Below are positions 35,086 to 44,866 of a DNA stretch of 64,000 nt, one piece after another. Both the position numbers and the translations under genes were made by a program. The notes under the pieces were generated by a model, which saw only the letters and a list, made by a program, of their open reading frames with translations, was not told the DNA's origin and ran no database searches. The stretch is from Patescibacteria group bacterium. Its GTDB lineage: Bacteria; Patescibacteriota; WWE3; JAMCXX01. The stretch covers positions 68,217-132,216 of the forward strand of contig JAMCXX010000002.1 in NCBI GenBank assembly GCA_023474425.1. Reading direction: 5' to 3'. Position 1 is the stretch's first letter. Every line of letters starts with the position of its first letter.

Positions 35086-37366
35086 AGTCGTCCCCAGCCT
35101 CCCCGCCGTCGCCGACGACTTCCTCGCCGGTTGAGGCTTCCGCCGCAAACGGATCGTGGATAAGTACTTCTCGCGGTTTGCTGCCGTCCACCGGCCCTAC
35201 TATGCCTCGGCTCTCCATCTCGTCCAAAAGCCTGGCGGCGCGGGAATAGCCGATTTTAAGACGGCGCTGAAGGAGAGAGGCTGAGGCCCGGTCATATTCA
35301 CAAACTACCTTCACCGCTTCCCGAAACAAAGTATCATCGGAACTCTCGGCGCCGGAAACCGTGGAAGATCCGCCCGGGGCCGCTCGAAACTGGGTAACCT
35401 CCTCTTCGTATTGCGGCTTAACTTGGGTGTTTTTTAAATAATCCACCAGCGCCGAAAGTTCGGCGGGCGACACATATACACCCTGAATCCTGACCGGCTT
35501 AGAAGACTCCGGCGGTAAATAGAGCATGTCGCCCCGTCCCAAAAGTTTCTCTGCCCCGCTTTGGTCAATAATCACCCGACTGTCAATTTGGGAAGTAACA
35601 TTAAAGGCAATCCGGGCAGGAATGTTGGCCTTAATGAGTCCGGTTAAAACGTCAACCGATGGCCGCTGGGTAGAAAGAACCAGGTGAATTCCGGTAGCCC
35701 GGGCCATCTGGGCTAGGCGGCAAACCACTTTTTCCACCTCTACCGGCGCCATCTGCATCATGTCCGCCATTTCGTCAACCAAAATTACAATGTAGGGCAG
35801 AGCTTGAAACCCGGAGAGTTCGTTGTAGGAATCAATATTTCGGGCCCGGGCGTTTTGGAAAAGGCGATAGCGCCGCTCCATCTCGGCCACAGCCCACTTG
35901 AGGGCCGAAAGAACTTTTTCCGGTTCGGTAATCACCGGAGCCAAAAGGTGGGGAATGTCGTTGTATTCGGTAAGCTCCACCCTCTTGGTATCTACCAAAA
36001 TAAACTTAAGTTCCTCGGGGCTGTTTCTAAAAAGAAGGGTGGCCAACATCGCGTGAACCAAAGTGCTTTTGCCCGAACCGGTGGAACCGGCAATGAGCAC
36101 GTGAGGCATGCGGGCAAGGTCAGCCAAAACTGGCTGCCCGCCAACATCCAGCCCCATGGCTACCGTAAGTTTCCCTTTGTTGCTCTGCATTTGTGGCGAG
36201 GAAAGAATGGAGCGGAGATTAACCATGGCCGGGGATAAATTAGGCGTCTCCACGCCGATTAGAGACTTTCCGGGAATGGGCGCCTCAATCCGCACGCTGC
36301 CGGTGGGCGAGGCCAGGGCCATGGCCAAGTCATTCTGCAAATTTTTAATGCGGGCAATTTTGGTGCCCTGGGCCGACTCCAAAGCGTACTGGGTAACGGC
36401 CGGACCCATATTCACTTCCACCACCCGCGCTTTAATGCCAAAAGATTCCAGAGTCTTTTCAATAACCGCGGCGTTGCCGGAAACGTCGCCGCGATTAGCT
36501 TCGGCCCCTTTGGCCTCGGAAAGAATGGAGAGCGGCGGGTATTCCCAAATGTAACTTTCCATGGGCAAATTTTTAACTGTTTCCTCCACAAAAACTCCCG
36601 GCTCGTAAACTTTCTTGACCTCTTCTCTTTTTTTGACCGGCTCAAAAGCCGGCTTAACCTCGGGCAAAATCTTGGGCAAAACTTTAACCTCCAAAGTCTT
36701 TGATTCCACCTCTTCTTCCTCCTCGACTTCCGCTCCCTCGCGTCGGCCAGACACAGCGGCAACCTTCACCGCCGCCGGTTCAACGGCCGTTTTTCTTCGC
36801 CCCTTTTCGGCCGCGCCCAAAACCAGCCGGCGGAAGATAACCGGCAAAAGTCCCAGACCTCTCGTTAGAATTTCCATGGACCCTTTTAAGGAAGCGTTAA
36901 AAAGAACGAGAAGGGAAATTAAAAGGAGGGCCGAAAGCACAAAAAAAGCGCCCAAAAAAGTAAAGGTCTTAATTAAAAAATGGGAAATAAAGTAGCCCAA
37001 AAGCCCGCCCCCCTGGCCGAGATTAGCCAGCTCCAAACCCGTCTCGCCGCGGTAGAAAATAAGATGGGTCAGCCCGGAGAGGGAAACTAAAAGCAGTAAG
37101 AGACCCAAAAAAGTGTTGAACTTAATAAAGGAAAAAGCTTTACCTAAAAATAGTAGCCCTAGGGTGATAAGAATAAACGGAACCAGAATGGAAACCCAGC
37201 CAAAAAGTTTGTTTAAGCCGTCCTGAAGGAATGAGCTGGCCGTGGCCGCCTGGGCAAAAAAGGAAATGAAGGTGAGAATTCCCAAAAGAATTAAGAAAAC
37301 GGCGGAAATGGAAATAAGGCTGTCCCGCTTGAGTTTGAATTTAAAGATACTCCGCCGCCTCGACAT
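35075..37366 (-). CDS. ftsK: DNA translocase FtsK
   Basis: 763 aa with N-terminal TM helices, Walker A GSTGSGKST, Walker B VILVDEMADM, and a C-terminal gamma wHTH (SASLLQRRLKIGYSRAARLLDEME). Confidence 0.93.
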   Translation of the reverse strand: MSRRRSIFKFKLKRDSLISISAVFLILLGILTFISFFAQAATASSFLQDGLNKLFGWVSILVPFILITLGLLFLGKAFSFIKFNTFLGLLLLLVSLSGLTHLIFYRGETGLELANLGQGGGLLGYFISHFLIKTFTFLGAFFVLSALLLISLLVLFNASLKGSMEILTRGLGLLPVIFRRLVLGAAEKGRRKTAVEPAAVKVAAVSGRREGAEVEEEEEVESKTLEVKVLPKILPEVKPAFEPVKKREEVKKVYEPGVFVEETVKNLPMESYIWEYPPLSILSEAKGAEANRGDVSGNAAVIEKTLESFGIKARVVEVNMGPAVTQYALESAQGTKIARIKNLQNDLAMALASPTGSVRIEAPIPGKSLIGVETPNLSPAMVNLRSILSSPQMQSNKGKLTVAMGLDVGGQPVLADLARMPHVLIAGSTGSGKSTLVHAMLATLLFRNSPEELKFILVDTKRVELTEYNDIPHLLAPVITEPEKVLSALKWAVAEMERRYRLFQNARARNIDSYNELSGFQALPYIVILVDEMADMMQMAPVEVEKVVCRLAQMARATGIHLVLSTQRPSVDVLTGLIKANIPARIAFNVTSQIDSRVIIDQSGAEKLLGRGDMLYLPPESSKPVRIQGVYVSPAELSALVDYLKNTQVKPQYEEEVTQFRAAPGGSSTVSGAESSDDTLFREAVKVVCEYDRASASLLQRRLKIGYSRAARLLDEMESRGIVGPVDGSKPREVLIHDPFAAEASTGEEVVGDGGEAGDDYAA

Positions 37367-37413
37367 GCCTCCATTTTAACACCTTAAAAACTTAGGAATA
37401 AATGGGATTTGTG

Positions 37414-37478
37414 AAACAAAATAAAACGCCGGACGGGCATGGTTTTTAATCTTGTAATCCTTGAACCCCATCCGGCGT
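37414..37478 (-). terminator. Intrinsic terminator after the 110-aa ORF
   Basis: ACGCCGGA (37426-37433) pairs with TCCGGCGT (37471-37478), plus 3 further bp. On the minus strand it is followed by TTTATTTTGTTT. Confidence 0.7.
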
Positions 37479-37491
37479 CTACAAGAAAAAG

Positions 37492-37824
37492 TCAAAACAT
37501 CAGTTTCTCGACGACCGTTATATCGCCGAACTTGGTTGACGGATCATAACGCAGTTCCCAGATATCTCCCAAGACTCTTGTCTGAAGAGTCCAGTACTTT
37601 CGCCCCTTCTCGACAGTGTCGAGCTTCAGATAAACCCATCTCCTCTGCCCCTGCTCACCAATATAAATGAACTCTAGGGATACTTTGGATGGCAACTTAG
37701 CTGTAGCCGCGTCAAATTCATCTTGACTGGGACCGCCAACAATTGAATAGTACGGACATTGACCTCTGACGTTTTTGTACACTATCTCCTCCTTAAAAAC
37801 CGATGTATCCTTTATAAATACCAC
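37492..37824 (-). CDS. Hypothetical protein (110 aa)
   Basis: Intact ORF, lower GC by eye, with its own downstream terminator. No motif I recognise. Confidence 0.45.
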   Translation of the reverse strand: MVFIKDTSVFKEEIVYKNVRGQCPYYSIVGGPSQDEFDAATAKLPSKVSLEFIYIGEQGQRRWVYLKLDTVEKGRKYWTLQTRVLGDIWELRYDPSTKFGDITVVEKLMF

Positions 37825-37864
37825 TAAATTGGATATTTGTCAACTATAGGATTTAATTAGGGGG

Positions 37865-39571
37865 TTAAACTTCCACTACAATAGGAAGAACCAGGGGGCG
37901 CTTGTTCATCTTCTTAAATATGGCGCGGCTAATCACCCGTTCGATTTGAACTCTAAACTGCTTGCGGTCAAGGGCACCTTCTTTCATCTGGGCCAGGGTC
38001 CCCTCAATTTGGGAGTCAATAATTTTTAAGACTTCAACCGGAATATGTGAGGCCGAAAAAGCCCGGCTGGCAATTTCGGGCCGTCCGGAAAGTTTGGCCT
38101 GCCCACGCTTTAAGGGCACGGAAACAACCACAATCCCGTCGTCGGCAATCCGCCGTTTGTCCTGAATAACCGTATCGGAAATATCGGCGCTGCCGCCCTC
38201 ACCCACATAAACATCGGTCAGCTCAATTTTTTCGCCCAAACCGGCCTTAGCCTGGCTAAGTTCCAAAACCTGACCGGAAGAAAGTTCAAAGACACGCCCC
38301 GTCTCAACTCCGGTTTGGGAAATGAGTTTGTGGTACGCGCGCAGGTGCCGGGCCGTGCCGCCAATCGGCACAAAATACTTAGGCTTTACCAAAGCGGCCA
38401 AAAGCAGCATATCCCCCTGACTGCCGTGCCCCGAAACATGCAAATCGTTTTGAATCTCGTAGTTGTGCACCTCGGCCCCAAGCTCGGTGAGCTTATCGAC
38501 CAAAGTATCTACCGCCTCGGAAACACCCGGCGGGTTAGGATCGGCGCTAAAAATGACGGTAGCCCCGGGCTTCAGCTCCACAAACTTATGAGTACCCGAG
38601 GCCAGGCGGAAGAGGGCCGAGCCCTGCTGGCCGTATGCCCCGGCCACAATGTAGGTCAACTTGTTTTGGGGGAAGTCCCGGGCTTTTTCCGCCTTTATCA
38701 AATCGCGATTAGCGACTTTTAAGTAGTTAAGGTTCTTGGCCACAAGAACATTGTTCAAAATACTGCGTCCGACCACAACTATTTTGCGGTCAAACTTAAG
38801 CGAGGCGTTAATGGCCTGCTGAATCCTCGATATATTAGACGATATCGTTGTCACAACCACCTGACCGGGAGCTTTCTCGATAATATCTTCAAAAACGTGC
38901 TCAATATCTTTTTCCGACTTGGTATACCCTTCGGAATTGGCCCCCAGGCAGTCGGAACACAAAAGCAGGGCGTTTTCCTGGGCCAAGGAAACAACCTTGG
39001 TAATATCGAACTGACGGCCGTCCACCGGCGTCCAGTCAAATTTAAAATCGGGCACATGAAAAGCTTTGCCCGCCGGCGTCTCCAAACAATAACCAATTGA
39101 ATCCGGCACCGAATGATTAATTCTAAACGGCGTTATTTTAAAACCGCCAATCTGAAAACTGCCTTTCTCCGGATCAATCGTGTTAACGGTAAACTTGCCG
39201 GCAAGTTGATAATCCTCCAGCTTGGCCTTAATAAAACCGGCCACAAGGGGCGTGGCGTAAACCGGCACCGGCAGACGCGGCAAGATGTAGGGCAGGGCAC
39301 CAAAATGGTCCTCGTGCCCGTGGGTTACAAGAATGGCGCGTACCCTCTGGTAATTTTTTTCCAAATAACTAATATCGGGAATCACTACATCCACCCCCAA
39401 AAGGTCGGAGTCTGGAAAGCCAATGCCGCAATCCACCACCAAAATATCCGAGCCATATTCGTAAACATACATGTTTTTGGTGACATCGCGGATTCCGCCC
39501 AGTGAAAGAAACTTGAGTTTTTCCCGGAAAACGTTTTCTTTTATTTGAGGCTTGATTTTAAATCGAAACAT
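37865..39571 (-). CDS. rnj: Ribonuclease J (metallo-beta-lactamase/beta-CASP)
   Basis: 568 aa with VTHGHEDHFGALPY (HxHxDH) and the beta-CASP layout. Confidence 0.88.
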   Translation of the reverse strand: MFRFKIKPQIKENVFREKLKFLSLGGIRDVTKNMYVYEYGSDILVVDCGIGFPDSDLLGVDVVIPDISYLEKNYQRVRAILVTHGHEDHFGALPYILPRLPVPVYATPLVAGFIKAKLEDYQLAGKFTVNTIDPEKGSFQIGGFKITPFRINHSVPDSIGYCLETPAGKAFHVPDFKFDWTPVDGRQFDITKVVSLAQENALLLCSDCLGANSEGYTKSEKDIEHVFEDIIEKAPGQVVVTTISSNISRIQQAINASLKFDRKIVVVGRSILNNVLVAKNLNYLKVANRDLIKAEKARDFPQNKLTYIVAGAYGQQGSALFRLASGTHKFVELKPGATVIFSADPNPPGVSEAVDTLVDKLTELGAEVHNYEIQNDLHVSGHGSQGDMLLLAALVKPKYFVPIGGTARHLRAYHKLISQTGVETGRVFELSSGQVLELSQAKAGLGEKIELTDVYVGEGGSADISDTVIQDKRRIADDGIVVVSVPLKRGQAKLSGRPEIASRAFSASHIPVEVLKIIDSQIEGTLAQMKEGALDRKQFRVQIERVISRAIFKKMNKRPLVLPIVVEV

Positions 39572-39618
39572 AACTTAGACCGCAAACGAATCTTTGACCT
39601 AACTCGAGTTTTTTTACA

Positions 39619-40248
39619 TTATAAATTAAAAAGAAGCATTTGGCTCTCTCCGGCCGGCGCCTCGCTTTCTTTATAGCGCGGAATCTCCTCGCTTTTGGTT
39701 TTGTAAACCCGAACGATTTTTCTAAAATCCTCTTTAAGGTCGCGTAAAACCGACTCGGATCGCAGGGCAGCCGCCGGGTGGTAAAGCGGAATAACCACAT
39801 GCTCCCCCACGCGAAAAGCCTGCCCGTGAACCTCGGAAATTTTGGCTTCAGGCAAATACTCGGCCATGGCAAACCTTCCTAAAGTCACAATAACCTTGGG
39901 ATTAATGGCCCGAACCTGGTCGGCCAAAAATGGGCGGCAGGCACGAAGTTCGTCCACCATGGGGTCGCGGTTGTCCGGCGGACGGTGCTTAATTATGTTG
40001 CCAATCCAAACATCCTGTCTTTTAAGACCGATATTCCTTAAAAGAGTGTCCAAAAGATTTCCGGCACGGCCCACGAAAGGACGCCCTTGGACATCTTCGT
40101 TGTAACCCGGAGCTTCGCCCACAAAAACAATTTTGGCGTTCAAGCTTCCCTCGCCGGGAACGGCGTGGTTGGCCGTGCGATAAAGCCGGCACTTTTTGCA
40201 AGTTACCACCGCCTGTTCAATTTTTTTCAAAATTTCGTCTTTAGTCAT
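39619..40248 (-). CDS. Uracil-DNA glycosylase, family 4
   Basis: Contains CKKCRLYRT...VFVGEAPGYNEDVQGRPFVGRAGNLLD. Start is probably MTKDEIL (ATG 40248). Confidence 0.85.
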   Translation of the reverse strand: MTKDEILKKIEQAVVTCKKCRLYRTANHAVPGEGSLNAKIVFVGEAPGYNEDVQGRPFVGRAGNLLDTLLRNIGLKRQDVWIGNIIKHRPPDNRDPMVDELRACRPFLADQVRAINPKVIVTLGRFAMAEYLPEAKISEVHGQAFRVGEHVVIPLYHPAAALRSESVLRDLKEDFRKIVRVYKTKSEEIPRYKESEAPAGESQMLLFNL

Positions 40249-40338
40249 AAACGTAGGTCCGGAGGCAGAATGCAAAAGGTCTAAAGTCGAATTCTCCCGT
40301 ACTTTTGACCTTACCGCCTTCCGACCTTCTGACCTGAT

Positions 40339-41397
40339 TTACCACGTCGGCAGAAATTCCTTAATGTTACCTTCATTTAAACTGAATTCGCGCCCTTTAC
40401 CCTCGACCACCATTCGGGCAATTTTGCGGCAGATGCCAAGAAGAGTGCGCTCAAGGGTGCGAATGCCGGCGTCAAAGCCCAGAGGCCTCACAATCTTGGG
40501 CCATAAACTTTCCTCAATTTTTACCTGTTCCTTTCTAAGACCGCTTGAGGAAAGCGCCTTGGGTAAGAGATAGTCGCGCCCGATAATAATTTTTTCCTCA
40601 TCGGTGTACGAAGGCATTTCTATAATTTCCAGACGGTCCAAAACGGCGTTGGCAATGCCGCGAGTGTTGTTGGCCGTGCAAATAAAAAGCACCTTTGAAA
40701 GGTCAAAGGGATAGTCAATAAAATAATCGGTAAATTCGCCGTTTTGTTCGGGGTCTAAAAGCTCCAATAAAGCTCCCATAATCACGCCGCGGGAAGAGTC
40801 GGCTACGCGATCAATTTCGTCTAAAAGAATCACCGGGTTGCGGCTTTTAACCCGCCGTAAATTCTTAATAACCTGCCCCGGTTCGCTTGAGGGCAAGTAG
40901 CGGGGCAGGCCGCGGATTTGCGAAACCTCGCCCAACCCACCAAAAGGAATACGCACAAAATTGCGCCCCAGGGCCTGGGCAATCGAGGCCGCCGCCGAGG
41001 TCTTGCCCAAACCCGGAAGCCCCGTGAAACAGAGGACGGCGGACTCACGGTTAACTTTTTCCGCCGTCAAATTAAGAACGGCCATATACTCAAGAATTCT
41101 TTCCTTAATTTTAGTCAGGGCGTAATGGTTGGTCTCAAGAATCTTTTTGGCGCGGGCTAAATCCAAGTTATCGCGGGACTCGGCCGCCCATGGCAGGTTT
41201 AAGACCCAGTCTACATAACGCTCTGTTGTCTCTAACTCCTGGGAATAGTTGGGCAGAGAAATGCCACGGGAGAGACTCTCGAGCATGGTTTGGATTCGCT
41301 CCTTTAGCTCCGGCGGCAAAACCGAGTTTTCTAATGCCTGCTCCAATTTTTTTAATTCCGGCAACGACTTCTGTTCACTGGTCATCGGCTCCTTCAA
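40339..41397 (-). CDS. Lon-like AAA+ ATPase module without an N-terminal substrate domain or S16 protease domain
   Basis: 352 aa with ERYVDWVLNLPW, Walker A GLPGLGKTS, Walker B ILLDEIDR, and IRG...P..G as in Lon. The protein ends right after the AAA+ alpha-helical lid. Confidence 0.7.
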   Translation of the reverse strand: MKEPMTSEQKSLPELKKLEQALENSVLPPELKERIQTMLESLSRGISLPNYSQELETTERYVDWVLNLPWAAESRDNLDLARAKKILETNHYALTKIKERILEYMAVLNLTAEKVNRESAVLCFTGLPGLGKTSAAASIAQALGRNFVRIPFGGLGEVSQIRGLPRYLPSSEPGQVIKNLRRVKSRNPVILLDEIDRVADSSRGVIMGALLELLDPEQNGEFTDYFIDYPFDLSKVLFICTANNTRGIANAVLDRLEIIEMPSYTDEEKIIIGRDYLLPKALSSSGLRKEQVKIEESLWPKIVRPLGFDAGIRTLERTLLGICRKIARMVVEGKGREFSLNEGNIKEFLPTW

Positions 41398-42316
41398 TTA
41401 CGGTACTTCCAGATTTAATGGTGATTACAAAAGAAGTCCCGCGAAGACCATAAAACGAAGATTTAAGGGAATCACCAAAAAGAGCGGAAATTCCTTTAAC
41501 GGTCGACGGCAGGTTGCGGGCAAAAATAAAAACCTGGCCGGAGGCGGGCAGATGTTTTTTGGCTTCACTAAAGGGCGCCGTGGCGGAAAGAGAAAGGTTG
41601 GTTTTGGCGGCGGTTTGGCTTATTTCTTTTAAGTATTGAGACGAGTTGGAAATTATAAAATAAGGTCCGATTATGGCCGTCTCGAGATTTGTCTGACTGC
41701 CGATTTTATTTACCCTCTCCTTAATAAACTCCAGGTCTTTGCCCACGCCGATGAGCGCTGAAGCCGACGGCGAAGCCGAAAGGTCTTCAATCAAAGCAAA
41801 ATTCGGCTCAAAGAAGGAGGCGATTTCCGAAAGATTTAATCCGCTTAAAGATTGCAGACGGTCAACTTGAGCCTGACTTAAAAATTTTTCTAAAAAAACC
41901 CGTAAATTAGAGCTTTCCAGATAGAGGGAGGTTTGGGCCGGGGCCAGATCGGCCAAAGGGTACTTGCCGAAATCAAAGGGCGAGACAGGCAGGGCCGAAA
42001 CGGTGGAAACAAATTCATTACTCAACGGCGTAGGGCTTACCGGCTGTCTCGGGCGGCCAAAGTATCCGGTTAAAAAAAGAGAAACGCCTAAAGCCGAAAG
42101 CAAAATTATTGAGAGGGATAAATAAAAAATCATCCATCGAGACCGCGGGTGGGCCTGATTATGAACGGAGCCAACCGAAGACGAAGGTGCGCTCAATGGA
42201 GATTGGGGTTTTGAAGAATCGGGCATACGGTCCAATTCCTGTCCGCAGTTGTAACAAAAGATGGCCGATTCAGACTCGATAACCGACGAGCAACGGGGGC
42301 AAAGTCGGGAATTCAT
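41375..42316 (-). CDS. Hypothetical zinc-ribbon / single-TM / extracytoplasmic-domain protein
   Basis: 313 aa with N-terminal CPRC...CYNC and TM segment WMIFYLSLSIILLSALGVSLFL. The 3' end overlaps the Lon-like gene by 23 nt. Confidence 0.55.
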   Translation of the reverse strand: MNSRLCPRCSSVIESESAIFCYNCGQELDRMPDSSKPQSPLSAPSSSVGSVHNQAHPRSRWMIFYLSLSIILLSALGVSLFLTGYFGRPRQPVSPTPLSNEFVSTVSALPVSPFDFGKYPLADLAPAQTSLYLESSNLRVFLEKFLSQAQVDRLQSLSGLNLSEIASFFEPNFALIEDLSASPSASALIGVGKDLEFIKERVNKIGSQTNLETAIIGPYFIISNSSQYLKEISQTAAKTNLSLSATAPFSEAKKHLPASGQVFIFARNLPSTVKGISALFGDSLKSSFYGLRGTSFVITIKSGSTVIEGADDQ

Positions 42317-42322
42317 AAAATT

Positions 42323-44506
42323 TTAGGGACGGCGATATGGCCTTCTTTCGTAGTAAGGCGTTCTAAAACCCGGCCCGGGGCCGCGGCGGCGGTCTGAATC
42401 GGAACCAAAAGCCTCGGCCGGATGTCCCGGTTCCAGAGCCTTTTTGGAAAGATTAATTCGACCCTGCTGGTCAATACCGATGACTTTAACTTTCACCATA
42501 TCGCCGATCTTGACCACATCCGTCACCTTATTAACGCGGTAATTGGCCAGTTCGCTAATATGAATTAAGCCATCGCGGCCGGGCAGAATTTCCACAAAAG
42601 CGCCGAAATCAAGAATCCTTGTAACCGGCCCTTCATAAATCTCGCCCACCTTGGCTTCTTTTACGAGGCTCTCGATAATTTCTTTAGCTTTCTGGGTTTT
42701 TTCCAATGAATTGGCGGAAATATAAACAGTGCCGTCATCCTCGATTTCTATGGCCGTGTCGGTAGATTCCATAATATTTTTAATAGTCTTGCCGCCGCTG
42801 CCAATAACCTCACCGATTTTCTTGGGGTCAATTTTGGTGACGGTAATCCGCGGGGCGAAACGTGAAAGCTCCAAACGGGGCGAACTAATAACCGATTCCA
42901 TAAGATCCAAAATATGGTGACGCACCGGCCGAGCGGAAAGAATTGCCTCACCTAGAATTTTTACGGGAATGCCGCCTTCCAGTTTAGCGTCCAGCTGAAC
43001 GGCCGTAATCCCGGTGCGGCTGCCGGCCGACTTAAAGTCCATATCCCCATTAAAATCTTCGATGCCGGCGATATCTGTGAGTAAAACGTATTTATCGGAA
43101 TCCGAAACAAGCCCCATTGAAATTCCCGAAACGGGCGCTTTTATGGGCACGCCGGCGTCCATTAGCGAAAGGGTTGAGCCGCAGACGGAAGCCATGGAGG
43201 TGGAGCCGTTCTGGGAAAGAATCTCTGAAACCACACGAACGGTGTATGGAAATTTATCGCTTTCGGGAATGACCGGCTTTAAGGCCCGCTCGGCCAAAGC
43301 TCCATGACCAATCTCCCGCCGACCGGCACTTCTAATCGCCCCCACCTCGCCGGTGGAAAAAGGCCGCGCGCTGTAGTGGTGCATATAACGCTTAACCTCT
43401 TCGCCTTCTGGACCCTGAATAAGCTGTTCTAAAGAGGTTGAACCGAGAGTCACCACCGAAAGAGCCTGGCTTAGACCGCGAGTAAAAAGAGCGCTGCCGT
43501 GAGTCCGCGGCAAGACTCCGACTTCGATAGAAATTGGGCGCAGCTCATCAAGCTTGCGGCCATCCGAACGCTGACCACTTTTTAGAATCATTTCTCGCAA
43601 AGCCGATTTTTCCAAAAGATGTAGCGCTTGAGAAAGCTTAACCTTGGTGGCTTTGCCCTCAAATTTCTCGTAAACCTTATCCAAGATTTCATCATATTTC
43701 ACCTGATAGTGCTCCTTTTCAAGGTGCATTTTAAGGAGCTCGGCAATTGATTCGTGGGAAAATTTTTTAACTTCGGAAAGCACCTCCGGGCTGATTTCGG
43801 ACGCAACATATTCCATTTTCTTGCGGCCAGCTTTGGCGGAAAAATCATTAATAAATGTAAGCAACGGTTGAATTTCTTTCTGGGCAAACTCCATGGCCTC
43901 TATAAACTTCTCTTCCAGGATTTCGTGGGCTCCGGCTTCCACCATAACGGCTCGGTCTCTTGAGCCCGTATAAACTAAATCCAGGTCCGAGGCTTCCATT
44001 TGCTCGCGGGTTGGGTTAACCAAAAATTGGTTGTTAATTAAACCTACCTGTATGGTTGCCAGGGGACCTTTCCAGGGAACGTCGGAAACGCTTAGCGCAG
44101 CGCTGGCGGCTAAGGCGCCCAAAATGGCCGGGTCGTTTTCGCGGTCAACGCTTAAAACGGTAATCACCAGCTGAACTTCGTTCTGCAGGTCTTTCGGAAA
44201 AAACGGACGAATGCCACGGTCAATAAGACGACCCGAGAGAATAGCCTCGTCGGAGGGCGTGGTTTCCCTTTTTATAAAACGGGAATTCTTTATAACCCCG
44301 CCGGCATAAAGTTTCTCCTCAAAGTCAACTCTTAAGGGTAGGCCGTCGGCTTCCTCTTTAATCTCGCCAGCAGTGGCCGTAGCTAAAACGACCGTTTCCC
44401 CGTAAGTGGCCAGGACGGCCCCGTTGGACTGAAAGGAGAGCTTGCCGGTTTCCAAGATTAACTTGCGGCCGGCGAATTCACACTCAACCCGATGATAATT
44501 AGACAT
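42323..44506 (-). CDS. pnp: Polyribonucleotide nucleotidyltransferase (PNPase)
   Basis: 727 aa with two RNase PH domains, a KH domain (IGEVIGSGGKTIKNI) and an S1 domain (GEIYEGPVTRILDFGAFVE). Confidence 0.95.
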   Translation of the reverse strand: MSNYHRVECEFAGRKLILETGKLSFQSNGAVLATYGETVVLATATAGEIKEEADGLPLRVDFEEKLYAGGVIKNSRFIKRETTPSDEAILSGRLIDRGIRPFFPKDLQNEVQLVITVLSVDRENDPAILGALAASAALSVSDVPWKGPLATIQVGLINNQFLVNPTREQMEASDLDLVYTGSRDRAVMVEAGAHEILEEKFIEAMEFAQKEIQPLLTFINDFSAKAGRKKMEYVASEISPEVLSEVKKFSHESIAELLKMHLEKEHYQVKYDEILDKVYEKFEGKATKVKLSQALHLLEKSALREMILKSGQRSDGRKLDELRPISIEVGVLPRTHGSALFTRGLSQALSVVTLGSTSLEQLIQGPEGEEVKRYMHHYSARPFSTGEVGAIRSAGRREIGHGALAERALKPVIPESDKFPYTVRVVSEILSQNGSTSMASVCGSTLSLMDAGVPIKAPVSGISMGLVSDSDKYVLLTDIAGIEDFNGDMDFKSAGSRTGITAVQLDAKLEGGIPVKILGEAILSARPVRHHILDLMESVISSPRLELSRFAPRITVTKIDPKKIGEVIGSGGKTIKNIMESTDTAIEIEDDGTVYISANSLEKTQKAKEIIESLVKEAKVGEIYEGPVTRILDFGAFVEILPGRDGLIHISELANYRVNKVTDVVKIGDMVKVKVIGIDQQGRINLSKKALEPGHPAEAFGSDSDRRRGPGPGFRTPYYERRPYRRP

Positions 44507-44548
44507 AATTATTTAACTAATGGGGTTATTAAAATTAATTCCCAGTTT

Positions 44549-44818
44549 TTATTTCTCCAAACCCAATTTCCCAATCAAGGAGCGGTAGCGTTCCTCTCCA
44601 ACTTTTCTTAAGTATAGAAGAAGCTTGCGGCGCTTGTTGACCATTTGCAAAAGACCCCTTCGGCTGTGAAAATCTTTTTTGTGCTCCTTAAGATGGGCCG
44701 AAAGTTTATTAATCCTCTCGGTAAGCAAGGCCACTTGCACCTCCGGCGAACCGGTGTCTTCGGCGCTCTTTTTGAACTTTTCTATAATAGTCTTTTTGTC
44801 AATTTTTTCCAAGCTCAT
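44549..44818 (-). CDS. rpsO: 30S ribosomal protein S15
   Basis: 89 aa with [36 protein letters not shown]. Confidence 0.95.
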   Translation of the reverse strand: MSLEKIDKKTIIEKFKKSAEDTGSPEVQVALLTERINKLSAHLKEHKKDFHSRRGLLQMVNKRRKLLLYLRKVGEERYRSLIGKLGLEK

Positions 44819-44866
44819 ATTATTTATTCATTTTATCCTAAATAAGAAAAACCCGCCACCAAAACC

